This document shows positions 13,665-33,780 of a DNA stretch of 64,000 bases, in pieces. Below the pieces are notes generated by a model. The model was not told the origin of the DNA, did not search any database, and saw only the letters and a list, made by a program, of their open reading frames with translations. This DNA comes from Podarcis melisellensis (taxonomy: Eukaryota). Position 1 is the first letter of the stretch. Each line of letters starts with the position of its first letter. Where the stretch lies: assembly GCA_964234715.1 (NCBI GenBank), contig OZ174286.1; one strand, 5' to 3'. A program made the translations under genes and the position numbers.

Positions 13665-14343
13665 CAGGGGGTCAGCAAACTTTTTCAGCAGGGGGCCGGT
13701 CCACTGTCCCTCAGACCTTGTGGGGGGCCGAACTATATTTCTTTGGGGGAGGGATGAATGAATTCCTATGCCCCACAAATAACCCAGAGATGCATTTTAA
13801 ATAAAAGCACACATTCTACTCATGTAAAAACACCAGGCAGGCCCCACAAATAACCCAGAGATGCATTTTAAATAAAAGGACACTGTGTGGTGTTGTGGTT
13901 AAGAGCAGTAGATTCATAATCTGGGGAACCGGGTTTGCGTTTCCGCTCCTCCACATGCAGCTGCTGGGTGACCTTGGGCCAGTCACACTTCTCTGAAGTC
14001 TCTCAGCCCCACTCACCTCACAGAGTGTTTGTTGTGGGGGAGGAAGGGAAAGGAGAATGTTAGCCGCTTTGAGACTCTTGAAGGGGAGTGATAAAGCGGG
14101 ATATCAAATCCAAACTCCTCCTCCTCTTCTTCTTCTTCTTCTTCTTCTTCTTCTTCTTCTTCTTCTTCTTCTTCTCATGTAAAAACACCAGGCAGGCCCC
14201 ACAAATAACCCAGAGATGCATTTTAAATAAAAGGACACATTCTACTCATGTAAAAACATGCTGATTCCCAGACTGTCCGTGGGCCGGATTGAGAAGGCGA
14301 TTGGGCTGCATCCGGCCCCTGGGCCTTAGTTTGCCTACCCATG
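13665..14343. mobile_element. Non-autonomous hAT with an internal ~71-bp tandem repeat (3 units)
   Basis: CAGGGGGTCAGCAAACT / AGTTTGCCTACCCATG ends; TSD CTTTAGAG/CTTTAGTG; CCCCACAAATAACCCAGAGATGCATTTTAAATAAAA unit at 13771, 13842 and about 14197. Confidence 0.85.
13884..14174 (+). mobile_element. tRNA-headed CORE-type SINE (Squam3-like) with (TTC)n tail, nested in the hAT
   Basis: A/B-box-like head GTGGTGTTGTGGTTAAGAGC...GGGTTTGCGTTTCC, CORE-like GTGACCTTGGGCCAGTCAC, CTT-repeat tail; the family name is tentative. Confidence 0.75.
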
Positions 14344-15324
14344 CTTTAGTGTTTCAAGAGAGAGAAAGGAAAAGGGCAGAGTGAAAAGGGGTGGGACAAT
14401 CCAGCAAACATTGTTAGTATGGAACCTTCATTTATTTCAATAAGGGGGCTTTCTGGGAGGGAATGATGAATTCTGACGTGGTTGGTAGTTGGCTCTCTTG
14501 AGAAATTCCCCATAGATATTTTTTTCCTGCCTCCTTTGCAGACCAGTTTCCCATAATTTAGTATGCAACATAACTTGATCAAGAGATACAGTCCTGCCAA
14601 GCTTATTATTGGCATAATTTATGCTATGTTTTTAACAGACAGAAGAGATTTGCGCTCATTATCTTCCTTACAGATCCAAGAGGCACGACTGGCTGGAGCG
14701 TTTTCAGACACACACATCCTACACCTTGGTGGGTTTGGGCTGCTCTTCAGCCAGATGCTTGTAGTTCTCATAGCGCCTGCAAAGGGAAATAGCGACATTA
14801 TATGGTGTGGTTCAGACAGCATTGTTCAAGGGTGGATAACAGGATGGAGAAAATGATTTCCAATTAACCCAGCTGGAGTGGATCACATGGTAGCCAATGG
14901 GTCTTTTATTCAAGAGCATAATTTTTACTTGATTGATAAACCTAACACGACACTTGAGAATACATTCTGGTTACATCTTAACCATTAAACTCTTCATTTA
15001 CCCCAAAATGAATAGATTAATATTAAATAAACTCTACTGAAAAATGTGTCCAATTCAACCATGTACTAGTACAAATTTGTAAGAGTCTTGAAAGAAAATT
15101 ACATGATGAGTCGTCTGAAGAATTTGAGAATATAATATATACTGGTTTTATTCCATACATGCTTCCACTATGTTTCTTTTCTCATCTATATAGTTATCAG
15201 GAATCTTGCTGCTAGGGTGGATTTATCTAAATGACCCATAGATTTGCTTGCAACTAGAATTCTTCAGTTCTAAGCAGATGTGGCAACCAAACGTCTTAGA
15301 TAAACTCCATCTACCACCCCAAGT

Positions 15325-15636
15325 GGGACGCGGGTGGCGCTGTGGGTTAAATCACAGAGCCTAGGAGTTGCCGATCAGAAGGTTGGCAGTTCGAATCCCT
15401 GTGGCGGGGTGAGCTCCCATTCCTCGGTCCCTGCTCCTGCCAACCTAGCAGTTCAAAAGCACGTCAAAGTGCAAGTAGATAAATAGGTACCACTCCAGCG
15501 GCAAGGTAAACGGTGTTTCCGTGCGCTGCTCTGGTTCGCCAGAAGTGGCTTAGTCATGCTGGCCACATGACCCGGAAGCTGTACACCAGCTCCCTCAGCC
15601 AATAAAGCGAGATGAGTGCCGCAACTCCAGAGTCGG
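15325..15636 (+). mobile_element. Sauria SINE lacking the 3' tail
   Basis: Same family as 6117; ends at GAGTCGG; TSD TCTACCACCCCAA (15310-15322, 15637-15649). Confidence 0.9.
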
Positions 15637-15680
15637 TCTACCACCCCAAAGTGGTGTACTAACAAGTACAAGACTTTTTA

Positions 15681-15728
<48 letters not shown>
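15681..15728. repeat. (AAT)n microsatellite
   Basis: Seen directly. Confidence 0.95.
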
Positions 15729-15729
<1 letters not shown>

Positions 15730-16327
15730 CATTTCCCTCCCTATTTGCTGTCTGAGCCATTGGGGTCAATGGTACAGAAAGGTCTTTGGGAGAACAGTGC
15801 TCAATTTGGGGGGGGTGTCCCCCACAGAGCAAGGCTGGTTTGTTTAATGAAAGCTTTTAGAGGGAGGAGCTTGGCTGAAGTTGGTGGTAGCAGGCCCATG
15901 CAGGGCAGCCAGGTACACTTGCCCCAGGCCTCAGAGGGCTAGGTTGGCCAGGGACCCCTAGCAGGGGCTGTCAGACTTATACGCTGTAATGCCAATAACA
16001 ATACTCCCACCCCAGGCCTCAGACAAGCTTTGCACAGGGCTGGGTGGGAATCAGGGCTTTTGCATTTCATTAAAGGTCCCCCTACCATTTATCCCATGGT
16101 TCAAAGTTGTGATTGTGAACCCCATGAAATCAGAACATCTGCAGTTGGGACATCTGCAGCTGCTTACATGGCTCTATGGATGCCTGCACTCAGTATGTGG
16201 ATTATAAAATGCAGGGTTGATGGGACTATTGAGAAACAACTGTACATCAATTATTTATTGGCCAACAAGTTTATGACCCAACAAAGATTTGAAATTAAGT
16301 TTTGAGTTCAATACTCTATCCTAGGTG

Positions 16328-16656
16328 CAGCGGCAGTGCAAGCCGATCGGGCACCTGGGGCAGCGTGCGTGCCCTGTGCCCACAGGGGCGGGGCCAGAAC
16401 ACTCTGTGGGGCCTCTGAGGAGTCCGCCTGCCTCCTTCCACTCAGTCGCCCTACAGCTGAGGTGGAGGCGGCGGGTGGACCATATGGGGCAGCGCAGAGC
16501 CTGCGGGCGCCCAAGCCACTGTGTCACTCCCAGGAGAGACACGTGGCTCGGGCGCGCTGTAGGTCCCACGGTGAGTGTCACCCGGCATTTTGTCACCCAC
16601 CTCAGTGGTGACACCCAGGGAGACCTGCCCCCACCATCCCCTTTCTTCTGCCCCTG
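16328..16656. mobile_element. GC-rich non-autonomous hAT-like element
   Basis: CAGCGGCAG/CTGCCCCTG ends; 8-bp TSD CCTAGGTG/CCCAGGTG. Confidence 0.7.
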
Positions 16657-17588
16657 CCCAGGTGTGGGGGAGCTGTGGTCTCCAGATGTAGCAGAATTAT
16701 AACTCCCATCATGCCTGGCCATTGGTCATGCTTGCTGGGGCTGATGGGGTTTCTGGTTCAGCAACATCTGGTGAGACAAAGGTTCCCCGCTCCTGCTCTT
16801 TCCAATGGACCACGTTGTCAAACTCTAATACCTTTGCAGTTTATTTCTTGGTATTAATACACTATTGGGCAGAAGTAGTGGGGAAGAGTAATATGGGGCT
16901 CATTGCTGGCTGTTCTGTCTCATAAAATTAACTTATGTCCACAGTTATTCAAATCTTCCAGAAATTACAAAGCTCAAACAGGTTTGATGCCCTTATTTCC
17001 TTTCCCACCATTGCCTAGCCTCTGATTATATAGGGAACACACAGGAGCAAGTCTGAAACGTTATCAGTGTGGGTCTTGCATATCCCCCCCACTTCAAAAC
17101 CAGGACACAGAGCAAGCCAGCTGTGCAAGTCATTGACTCATGAATCAACCTCTTGGTGTTCAAGGAAAAGAACTGGCAACCTGGCAGCTCTGTTATAAGG
17201 CAAGGGAAGTAACTGCCTAGCGAGAACACATCAGAGCCTCCACAGGCACAAACTTGTTCTGCCATGTACACACTGCACTCTGTGTTACTCTGACTCACCA
17301 GCAGAATACAGAATTAACCTGAATAAATGTGACTTTACAGTCTTCTTTAGGTGTTATGTGCCTTTAAAAATAATAACAATGAATAAATAAAGTAATAAAC
17401 AACAGATGACATTCAGCTGAATAACATTGAACTGATAAATGCATTTTGTGTGTGTTAAAAAGAAAACAAATGATTATATGTATATATCAAGTCATTCTAG
17501 GCACTCCAAAGGGTTTGTGTTGACTGACATAATACCTTTAAGTTCACACAATTCTATGTGAATTCCATGTGTCCTTGATGCCTTTGAT

Positions 17589-17940
17589 CAGGGATGGGCA
17601 GAAAGTAAATTGGGATTCACTGGTAGATGTCTGGGTGATTTGAAGTAAATTAGCAAGAATTTCTGACACACTTTTTTAAAAAAACAAACAAACAATGGCA
17701 ACAACAAAATGAGTTTCCCCGCCATAAAGCATATTGCCAAATGAAAAAACAAACAAACCCACTGCTGGTTCTGGGGAGGTATCCAAGTGTGTATTTTTTA
17801 TGGAAGAACTATGAGCTCAGTTCAGATACTCAAATTCCTGAGCCAAGGGCTATTTAATTCTAAGTGTATGTATTTAGTAAAGTTTTAAAAAAGGAAGAAA
17901 CTAGAGTAGATCTTACAAGTCTGAAGTCTACCCATCCCTG
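17589..17940. mobile_element. Non-autonomous hAT
   Basis: CAGGGATGGGCAGA/TCTACCCATCCCTG TIRs; TSD CCTTTGAT/CCTTAGAT. Confidence 0.78.
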
Positions 17941-19189
17941 CCTTAGATCATATTCTTCAAGGCTGCTAGCAAAATATATCCTGGAATCGGAGTTTTAAGG
18001 GCTTTTTATATTAATAAATTTTGAGTATTAGTACCCTAAGCCAAGGTCTTTATGCTGCATGCTTGTGCACAGATTTAACTCTTCTGTTTTACCAATCAAA
18101 ACCTTCTCACCTTTGGTTCTCAATGTACACAGCTGACGCTGTACAGTTAGAAGATCCCAGGTCCTATTCAGTTTAATCAGTGGTGCAGAATTTGAAGAAG
18201 AAACAAAAGCTATAATGTATGTCCCCTGCTGGAAAATGCAAGGCATGTTTCTTTATGAAGTAGTATGGAGAGTGTCAATTATTTCCGAAGCAAGCATTCA
18301 CTTTAAGCGCCTTCAATCATATAGAAAGTTGTTGCAAAATATGATTCCTTTCTTCAGCGCTCCAATTCAACAAACTCCTGCAGAATCCAACTTCATTTTA
18401 AAGTGATAAATCTCACTCACTGCAGGCACCACAAGTAGGTAGCTGACCAGACCCAATCAGTTACCCTCTGGTTTTGTAACTGTAGAATACATTTATGAAA
18501 AGTGAGAGGGATGCGGCGACAGATACATTTGACATCTGATGACCCCTTCTGTTGCTAACCTCTTGGGTGGATTTAGCTCATGCTCCCTGGCAAGCACTGT
18601 GATTGCAGAAGCCAAAAATAAAATTAGGCATCATGGCTTAACTTCACATTGTAGCAGATTGGCATTAGGATACAGAACCAGGGCAACAAAGGGAAGTAAC
18701 TCGCAACCAAATAAAACCAGGAAACAATGTAAAAGCCGAGAAATAGCAATTATATTACAATATGAAGGTCATTTACTATCACAAAACTTTTAAAAGCAGC
18801 AGTGGCTTGTGATGTGAGTCTCTCAATTGACTTGTTGGGGTGGGGTGGGGCAAGGCAGCAAGGTTTGGGGTGTTCAGAGTTATAGGGGCAAACACTGCAA
18901 ACCTGGAGATTCTCTAACTTTGCCCTATGCCCTCCCAAAAATAAAGTTCCATCACTGCAGGAAAGATGCCACTGCCCACCCACACTTAACAAGCCACAGC
19001 CACCACCGTTCAAAGACAAATGGTTTTAACAAAAATGATATTCTGATGGTGAGACCGAGAGCAATAAGTCTAGGGTGATTCCAGATGGTGGCTTTATACT
19101 CCAAAATACTCATTTAAAAATTGGCTTTCCCAGCTATGCATTTTAAACATATTGCTTGCCATATTCTTTTTTAGACATGGATATTCTTT

Positions 19190-19795
19190 CTTTTTTAAAA
19201 TAATTTCTATTGAATTTTCCAAATTGTAACAAAAAAATTCTACAAATCTTAACTGAACAATTTATAATTCCATATTTCTCCCCTCCCCCCTCTTTGGCTT
19301 CCCCCGTATTTCCGTACTAATTTATTAAACAAATTCTATACCCTGCTGGTTTTTACCTCTTATATAGTTGTGAAAGTTTAGTCAAAGCCTGCCAATGGGT
19401 CCAAGACTTATACTGTCTTTTTATATACAGTGGTACCTATGGTTACGTACTTAATTCGTTCCGGAGGTCCATTCTTAACCTGAAACTGTTCTTAACCTGA
19501 AGCACCACTTTAGCTAATGGGGGCCTCCCGCTGCTGCTGCCACACCACTGCTGCACGATTTCTGTTCTCATCCTGAAGCAAAGTTCTTAATCCGAAGAAC
19601 TATTTCCAGGTTAGCGGAGTCTGTAACCTGAAGCGTATGTAACCTGAGGTACCACTGTAGTTTATAGATGGTTCCCCCTCCTTTTTGAAATAGATGTTGT
19701 CTCTCTCATGTATCCTCTCTGTCAGCTTAGCCAGTTCCCCATAAGCTTGACTTGCCACTCTTCCTTTGTTGGCGTTTTCTCTGTTTTCCAGACAT
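19190..19795 (-). mobile_element. L1-type LINE 3' fragment interrupted by the mariner MITE
   Basis: The minus strand of 19660-19790 reads approximately WKTEKTPTKEEWQVKL..ELAKLT.RI, the L1 ORF2 C-terminal pattern; A-rich 3' end near 19190. Confidence 0.6.
19428..19657. mobile_element. Tc1/mariner (pogo/Tigger-like) MITE
   Basis: CAGTGGTACCT...AGGTACCACTG TIRs flanked by TA; four copies in this window. Confidence 0.88.
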
Positions 19796-21574
19796 GGGTA
19801 TTCAATGCTATTGAGTTTTGTGGGGCTGGGCTGTATGCCAAGGTCCTTCTAATTCCTAGATTCAGCAAGTGTTAAAATCTAAGCAATTCCTGGAATAGCC
19901 AAGCTAGCTTCCTGGTGAGGAACTGGACTAAGTGTGGGTTGTTAAGGTAACAAAGAAAGCGGTTCTGTGCCAGAGGTCAAAAGGCTGGGCCTCCCTTCCT
20001 TAATTATCTGGTAGTTAGAAGGACAAAGGGCAGAGGGGAGAGTTGAGATGTGTCAGCTGGAAGCAAGGTTGGGAAGCCATGCCTGATTTCTGATAGAATC
20101 CAAAGCTGTGGCCCTAACAACAACAGCAACAATTTATTTGTATCCCGCCTTCCCCAGCCAAAGCTGGGCTCAGAGCAGCTAACATCATATCAATCAGACA
20201 ATATGCATAATACAATATACACTATGCAAATAAAATAACATTCCACATTCATTAAAATAATATAGAATATTAAATATGGCAAATCAAAATGAAGGATTTT
20301 GCAACACTGAACAAGATATCTTTGATTTTATGGCTATAGCAGGAAGGAGAAAACTTTTAAAGGATTCAAACAAGAATGAGCTTCTTTTTTTAAAAAAAAG
20401 GAATGAAAAATAATGGGAGATAATTTATAATGTTAACCATTTTCGGGGTCTCTAAGAATTGCAATTAAGAAAATTAGCAAAAATAAATAAAATCATTCTG
20501 TCCAATGACAGTTCTCATCTTGTGAGTTCTTTTCTTTTCTTTTTGGTATGTCTTTTAATCTTGATGATTTCATTTTTGTTTATCTGGTCTACTATATTCC
20601 TTAATATTACAAGGATGTTCCTTGCTGTTTTCCCCGCCTCTTTATATTGTAAACTCTTTTGTAAACTAATTTTGAAAGCAATAATTATAGTAATAATATG
20701 AAGGAAAAGGCACTTTGTAAAACATGTGCCCTACAGGCTGCCTGTTGCAAATCAGAAAGAGCTTTGCCAGCAAACCATGAAATCCAGCAGGAAATAATTG
20801 AACCTTCCAACAGCCTTTGGACCTCTCCTGGCAAAGGAGGATGGGAGCACAAGATTTTACATAGATTATAGAAAATTAAAGTCATCATAAAAGATTACAT
20901 TTACAGATTACTGTAAATGCTGTGGGAGAGTCAGTATGGTTTTCCAAAAAGAGCCTTAAAAGTGGGTATTTGAGGGTGGAAATGAACCCAAGATACAAGG
21001 GAAAGCTGGGTGCCCTTTGAGGCTGTAATCCAACCTAAACACACTTTCTGAGTACTAAGTCCCATAATATTTCTGAGCAAAAATGCTTAGGATTGCTCTG
21101 CTCCAAAAGCTCTGTGGACCAGACCCTCTTTAAGAAGGGGATAGTGTTGTGAGCGTGCTATCTAATTACTGTTAAAAGGCCATCTGAAGCCATCCTTTAT
21201 TCCCCTATATTTTGGCAACACATGTTCATTGTGTCATGCCAACAGAGAGAGAGAGAAAAAACTCACTTGTGTGGGATGCAGAAAAATCTTCAAGGAAAAT
21301 GTTTTGCTTTGCTGTGTTATGTGGCTTGTATACATAATCAGGTACTTGAATAGCAGTTACATTTTAGTACAATGTTCTTCAACTGATGTAGATCCACATC
21401 GTTGTTGCAACTAAATCTTCAGAAATACATCAGTCGTAGTGAAACTGTTTCATTGTTGTTGTTCAGGATTCTTTCTAAAGTGATAAGAAGAAGGGGGAAA
21501 ACAAAGGGGGTGACTACATGCAAAAGAGGACTGGATTCTTTTATCCTGAATAGCTATAAGCATATATTTTCAGA

Positions 21575-22315
21575 GATGCACAGAATTGTAGAATTAGCAG
21601 GCAGTCCGAATATCATCTAGTCCAGCTCCCTGCAATGCTGGAATCTCAACTAAAGCATCCACGACTGATGGTCATCCAACTTCTGTTTAGAAATCTCCAA
21701 TGAAAGAGTCAATCACCTTCTGAGGGAGTCCATTTCACTGTCAAACAGCTCTTCCTGTCAGAAAAGTTCTTCCTGATGTTTAGTCGGAATCTTCCTTCCC
21801 CACCCCCTGAGAGTGAACTGTGTACTGTAATGGAGACACATTGGCAAACTTGCAAGGTTTTCACATATTACATTACAATACAGGTGTACCAAAGCCAACA
21901 CCATTTCCTCCCCATCCCCCCATACATTTACATTTCTATTTCCTCAATCCATCATATTATTCTTCATATTATTCTTTTCTCCTTCCTCCCACTTCCTTCC
22001 GCCCCCACTCGATTTCCTCCACATTATACAATTTACAATAATCTTTGCATTCTACAATCTTCTCAAATCATCTATATATTCTGATTATCTTTCCTTACTA
22101 ATTTTTTCTATCCAGTACTTCACATTTTAATCTAGGCATATTAGCATATCTTTTTTTGAGCAATATTCCTTTCTTGTAACTTGGAGCCCTTGATTCGAGT
22201 CCTACCCTCTGGAGCAGGAGAAAACAAGTTTGATTCACCGGCCCTTAAAGTGATTTGGAAACGGCTATTATTATATCTCCTCTTTTCCAGGCTAAACATA
22301 CCCAACTCCTTCAAA
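21575..22315 (-). mobile_element. CR1 LINE 3' fragment split by a ~370-bp insert (about 21797-22165)
   Basis: TCTAGTCCAG...AAAGTTCTTCCTGATGTTTAG...CCTACCCTCTGGAGCAGGAG...TTCCAGGCTAAACATACCC; the minus strand reads LKELGMFSLEKRR, a CR1 ORF2 motif. Confidence 0.75.
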
Positions 22316-22345
22316 AATTGCACACAACCCAACCAACAATTAAAT

Positions 22346-22840
22346 TTGTTGTTGTTGTTGTTTAGTCGTGTCCGACTCTTTGTGACCCCATGGACCAGAG
22401 CACGCCAGACACTCCTATCTTCCACTGCCTCCTGCAGCTTGGTCAAACTCATGCTGGTAGCTTCAAGAACACTATCCAACCATCTCGACCTCTGTCGTCC
22501 CCTTCTCCTTGTGCCCTCCATCTTTCCCAACATCAGGGTCTTTTCCAGGGAGTCTTCTCTTCTCATGAGGTGGCCAAAGTATTGGAGCCTCAACTTCAGG
22601 ATCTGTCCTTCCAGTGAGCACTCAGGGTTGATTTCCTTAAGAATGGAGAGGTTTGATCTTCTTGCAGTCCATGGGACTCTCAAGGGTCTCCTCCAGCACC
22701 ATAATTCAAAAGCATCAATTCTTCGGCGATCAGCCTTCTTTATGGTCTAGCTCTCACTTCCATATATCACTACTGGGAAAACCATAGCTTTAACTATACA
22801 GACCTTTGTTGGCAAGGTGATGTCTCTGCTTTTTAAGATG
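22346..22840 (-). mobile_element. BovB (RTE) LINE, 5'-truncated 3' fragment
   Basis: Translation RVPWTARRSNLSILKEINPECSLEGQILKLRLQYFGHLMRREDSLEKTLMLGK...VHGVTKSRTRL; (CAA)n tail; 12-bp TSD CAACAATTAAAT (22334-22345, 22841-22852). Confidence 0.93.
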
Positions 22841-23259
22841 CAACAATTAAATAGTAAGGTCTAAAAATCAGGATACAAAGAAATTAATATCAGGTAACAG
22901 CAACAACCCCTGCTTCCAAACACACCTCTCCCAAACAACACCCCAGCCCAAGAGTCTGCTCAGCAGCATCAACTTTTGTAGCTGGAGTCATTCAAGGCCT
23001 TTCTGGGCTATGTGGGGAAAGGCCTGCAAGCTCTTCCAGGACTCACAGCCAAGATGGGTTAGCCAGCATCTTCCTACCTCACAGGGTTGTTGTGAGGATG
23101 GAAGTGGGGAGCAATGGGCACCACCCCATCTTGTTTGGCAGAAAGGCGGGATACGAATGGCACAAACAAATAGCACTATTGATGTAGGATGTACTTTATT
23201 GTATTGCGTGCTTTTGTTGCTTACGCCCCATTGCCTCTGCCCCCTCCCTCCGAAAAGAA

Positions 23260-30391
<7,132 letters not shown>

Positions 30392-30521
30392 CTTTCAGTG
30401 ATGCTGCGGTCTGGGATGGGACTGCTGTATATTGAACAGAGAAATGTTACAGAATGCTAGCTGGAAGCAGAAATACTAGAATGTCCTTTATTACCCCCCA
30501 AATTTGTTTTTGTTTTGTATG

Positions 30522-30527
30522 AATAAA
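30522..30527 (+). terminator. SEM1 polyadenylation signal AATAAA
   Basis: AATAAA about 130 nt after the stop codon, followed by GT/T-rich sequence (gggttttgtattgtc). Confidence 0.8.
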
Positions 30528-31904
30528 AAATTGAATCTTAAAGGGTTTTGTATTGTCAGTATTGTTCAACTTTATTTCTGAATTACTAGTATATACAAAA
30601 ATAATATTGTCAGCTATACTAAGTCTGGGTTCATTATAATGTTGACTTCCTTTACATGATACTTGAAGTCCACTGAAGCAGAGTGAATTGAAGGTTTACG
30701 ACATTTTATCACTTTAGATCACAACTAGAGAAAAACTGCTGTGGTTATTGTTTACCACTTTGGGAGGAAGGGCAGGACAGAAGTTTAATAAACAAGTCTT
30801 ATACTGAAATACTTCATCTACTTTTCTTTGCTTAAACAAGTGAAACATACAAGTTAAATGCCTCTGAAGAAGGAAGTTGCATGTGAGAGACAACCTGGGT
30901 GGTTGTAAGTGGAAGCTTCTTAGTCCAATCTGCATGCTTAGTCATAGCTGTAGATGTGCTCCTGATGGAAAGCTTACCTTCCCTGCTTAGTGATTTGCCA
31001 GTTCTAGAATTGTCAGCTTAATGACAGTTGAAGCCCCATTGTCCAAACTTTACAGCAATGAAACAAAAGTATTCCTTAGTTAACCTTGAAGTGAAGTGCA
31101 ATAAAACACACAGCTGATGTTGAATGAACATACCATCCAATGCTATTTTTTTTATGAGTGCGAAGAGGGACAAACATTTATTCTATCTTGTCTTACAGGG
31201 CCAGCTCAGTTTAAGAGTAGAGCATGGAAAGTGGTGGGAGTAACCTAATATTAGTACTAGAAACACTTTCTTTAACCTTGTTTAGCTAAATAACCTTGAG
31301 TATATCGTGATGCAATTGGGTAAATATGATAATGGTACATTGCCAGCTTCTGGGGAAACACTTGGGCGGGTTTGTTGAGTCAGCCAACTCATGGTGAGTT
31401 CTGGCTAGGGTTATTTGCAGGACACCATGACTTCTGCCCTAAGCCAGTTCTGGGGGAAAAAATGCCCATAGGCCACATTGGTTGTTTTGCAAAACTAGAT
31501 AGTTCACCTTTAAGCAGTGCTATGCCTTTATCCAATTTTGCATGGTTTGGAGAAAGAAAGCAAATGACTACTTGAATAGCTTAGTCATACATTTATTACT
31601 CAAGCTACATGAGTCATTTAATAAGTATAGAGCAAAATTCACTATCGCACAAACTGACTCAAGAACATATAAATGCTTTAAGCTTTTTTCGTTCTCTTCC
31701 TCGCACAGTATTTTGGCATTGTACTGGGAGTTGCAAAGAAAGCAAAATGTTGGCTATAAATAACAGAAAGTAAAAGTTGGAATGAAAATCTGAGCTGACC
31801 CTTTTCGGTTTCATTACATAAAGTAAAGTCAACTAGAAGATATAGAACTTTGACTGACTAAAGCACTTCTTAGTCATCTCAAATGAATGTGTGGAAGTCA
31901 CATA

Positions 31905-32030
31905 GAAGTTGGCACAAGCTTGCTTTCTCCTGCTCCAGAGGGTAGGACCCAAACTAATGGCTTCAAGTTAAAAGAAAAGAGATTCTGACTAAACATCAGG
32001 AAGAACTTTCTGACAGTAAGAACTGTAGCA
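31905..32030 (+). mobile_element. CR1 fragment
   Basis: Reverse complement of the 21750-22230 CR1 sequence (CTGCTCCAGAGGGTAGGAC...AAACATCAGGAAGAACTTTCTGACAG). Confidence 0.7.
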
Positions 32031-32601
32031 ACATATATGACTAAATGCTGGAACGCTCCCTTCTGACTGCCTTCAACTCCTCTAAAAATCACCTTAATCC
32101 TAAATATGTTTGCTCTGAATGAAACTCCATGGATTTCTGTAGAATTGGTTTCCAGGTAAGCAGGCTGTATTTGTAGTGCACACACATGTCATTGACATCT
32201 GATTGCTTCCCCTGCAGCAAAACACACTCCGAATTTGCTGGATCAAAATATATCAGCGTGCAGCAGTAGTGATGAAAGGAAGAGGTGGAGATTAAAATAA
32301 TACTGTATGTAGAATGAAGAATGAACAATTTATGACTTCTCTATATTCCTGGGCTCCATCAAGGATACTATGGTACATACCAGACAAGCAAAAACTCTTA
32401 AGGAGGATAGAAAGCAGTGCCATTGAGGTGCATGCCCTGGGGAGCAGAGGTGCGGCTGGGGAGTGGTGCAAAGAGCCCAGAACCAAATGTAGAGGTTTTG
32501 AGGGTGTGAGGGAAGGAAAATGTGAATACATTTCAATGGACTGTATAACTCCAATTGCCCGCATTTGCAGTGCTCTTAGATACATCGATGATGCAGCCAT
32601 A

Positions 32602-32832
32602 CAGTGGTACCTCTGGTTAAGAACTTAATTCGTTCCGGAGGTCCATTCTTAACCTGAAACTGTTCTTAACCTGTGGTACCACTTTAGCTAATGGGGCCTC
32701 CTGCTGTCACCGCACAATTTCTGTTCTCATCCTGAAGTAAAGTTCTTAACCCGAGGTACTGCTCCCAGGTTAGCGGAGGCTGTAACCTGTAGCATTTGTA
32801 ACCCGAAGCGTTTGTAACCCGAGGTACCACTG
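32602..32832. mobile_element. Tc1/mariner MITE (same family)
   Basis: TA-CAGTGGTACCTC...GAGGTACCACTG-TA. Confidence 0.88.
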
Positions 32833-33087
32833 TACTTCAAATACTGTGTGATTATAGTTAGGTGATCTCAGAAAGATATTACAGAGGTGGAAAAGTGATC
32901 CAAGGGCTGGAACACCAATGGGAAAAAGGGTACATAATTTTGTTGTTGTTTTTCAAGGGTGATAAACTGGGGGCAAGATAATACAGTTAGAGCCTACTTT
33001 TTATTTTAAGCATTGAGTCATAGTGTCATCTGGTGAAGAAAGCTGAGGATTCCTTGCAAGCTGCAAGAAAAAACCTGGATGTGCATA

Positions 33088-33780
33088 TGAGAATATGAGA
33101 AGAGCCCTGCTGGCTCAGGATAAAGGCCCATCTAGTCCAGCATCATCTTCTTACATTGGCCAACCAGATGCCCTATGGATGCCCAGCAGGACCTGAGCAT
33201 AGCAGCTCCCTTCTCACCTGGGATTCCCAGCAGCAGGCATTCAGACACACAGTGGATGCAGAGAACAGAGAACATCATGTCTTGTAGTCATTGCTGGCAG
33301 GGGTGGATCTGCTATGAAACTAACAAAGCTTAAAGCTTCAGGGCCTCTAATCCTGGAGGGGCCCCGGGAAGCAACTTCAGTCCAAAATGCTTTTAGAAAA
33401 ATGGGTCTACTAGACTCAATTTGAGGCGCACAACTCAAAATTGGACAATTTTTGTTGTTGCATATATTTCAACAATCCTGAAGTTTTGAGAGTCAGTAAC
33501 ACAGATGTTGTAAAGGTTGTTGTAAACAACCCCATTGAAGAAGGTAACAGTGGTTATCCAGACCTCGTCGCTGGTCATGAAGGGACCCCCCCATAACAGT
33601 TCTAGCTTCAGGGCCCCCAAAATGTAGATCTGCCCCTGATTGCTAGTCTTATCTGCCTTGCATTTGTCTTTAAAGCCTTCTAAGTTGTTGGCCATCGCTA
33701 CCTCTTCCATAGCTTAACTACATGCTGTGTGAATGCATTTTACCATTTCCCCCTTTTTGCCTGTCCTGAATCTCAGTTGT
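33088..33780 (-). mobile_element. CR1 3' remnant (hosts the hAT at 33298); a similar remnant lies at about 36417-36630
   Basis: AGAAGAGCCCTGCTGG..CAGG..AAAGGCCCATCTAGTCCAGCATC. Confidence 0.65.
33298..33638. mobile_element. Non-autonomous hAT-like element nested in a CR1 fragment
   Basis: CAGGGGTGGATCT/AGATCTGCCCCTG; TSD ATTGCTGG/ATTGCTAG. Confidence 0.78.

Noticed and set aside
22181-22750. 189-aa + strand ORF
   Set aside because: Antisense of the BovB/CR1 fragments.
1-23000. Precise p63 or MEF2 enhancer site orthologous to mammalian SHFM1 elements
   Set aside because: Only half-sites seen (e.g. AGGCATGCCA at about 1922); it cannot be placed without an alignment.
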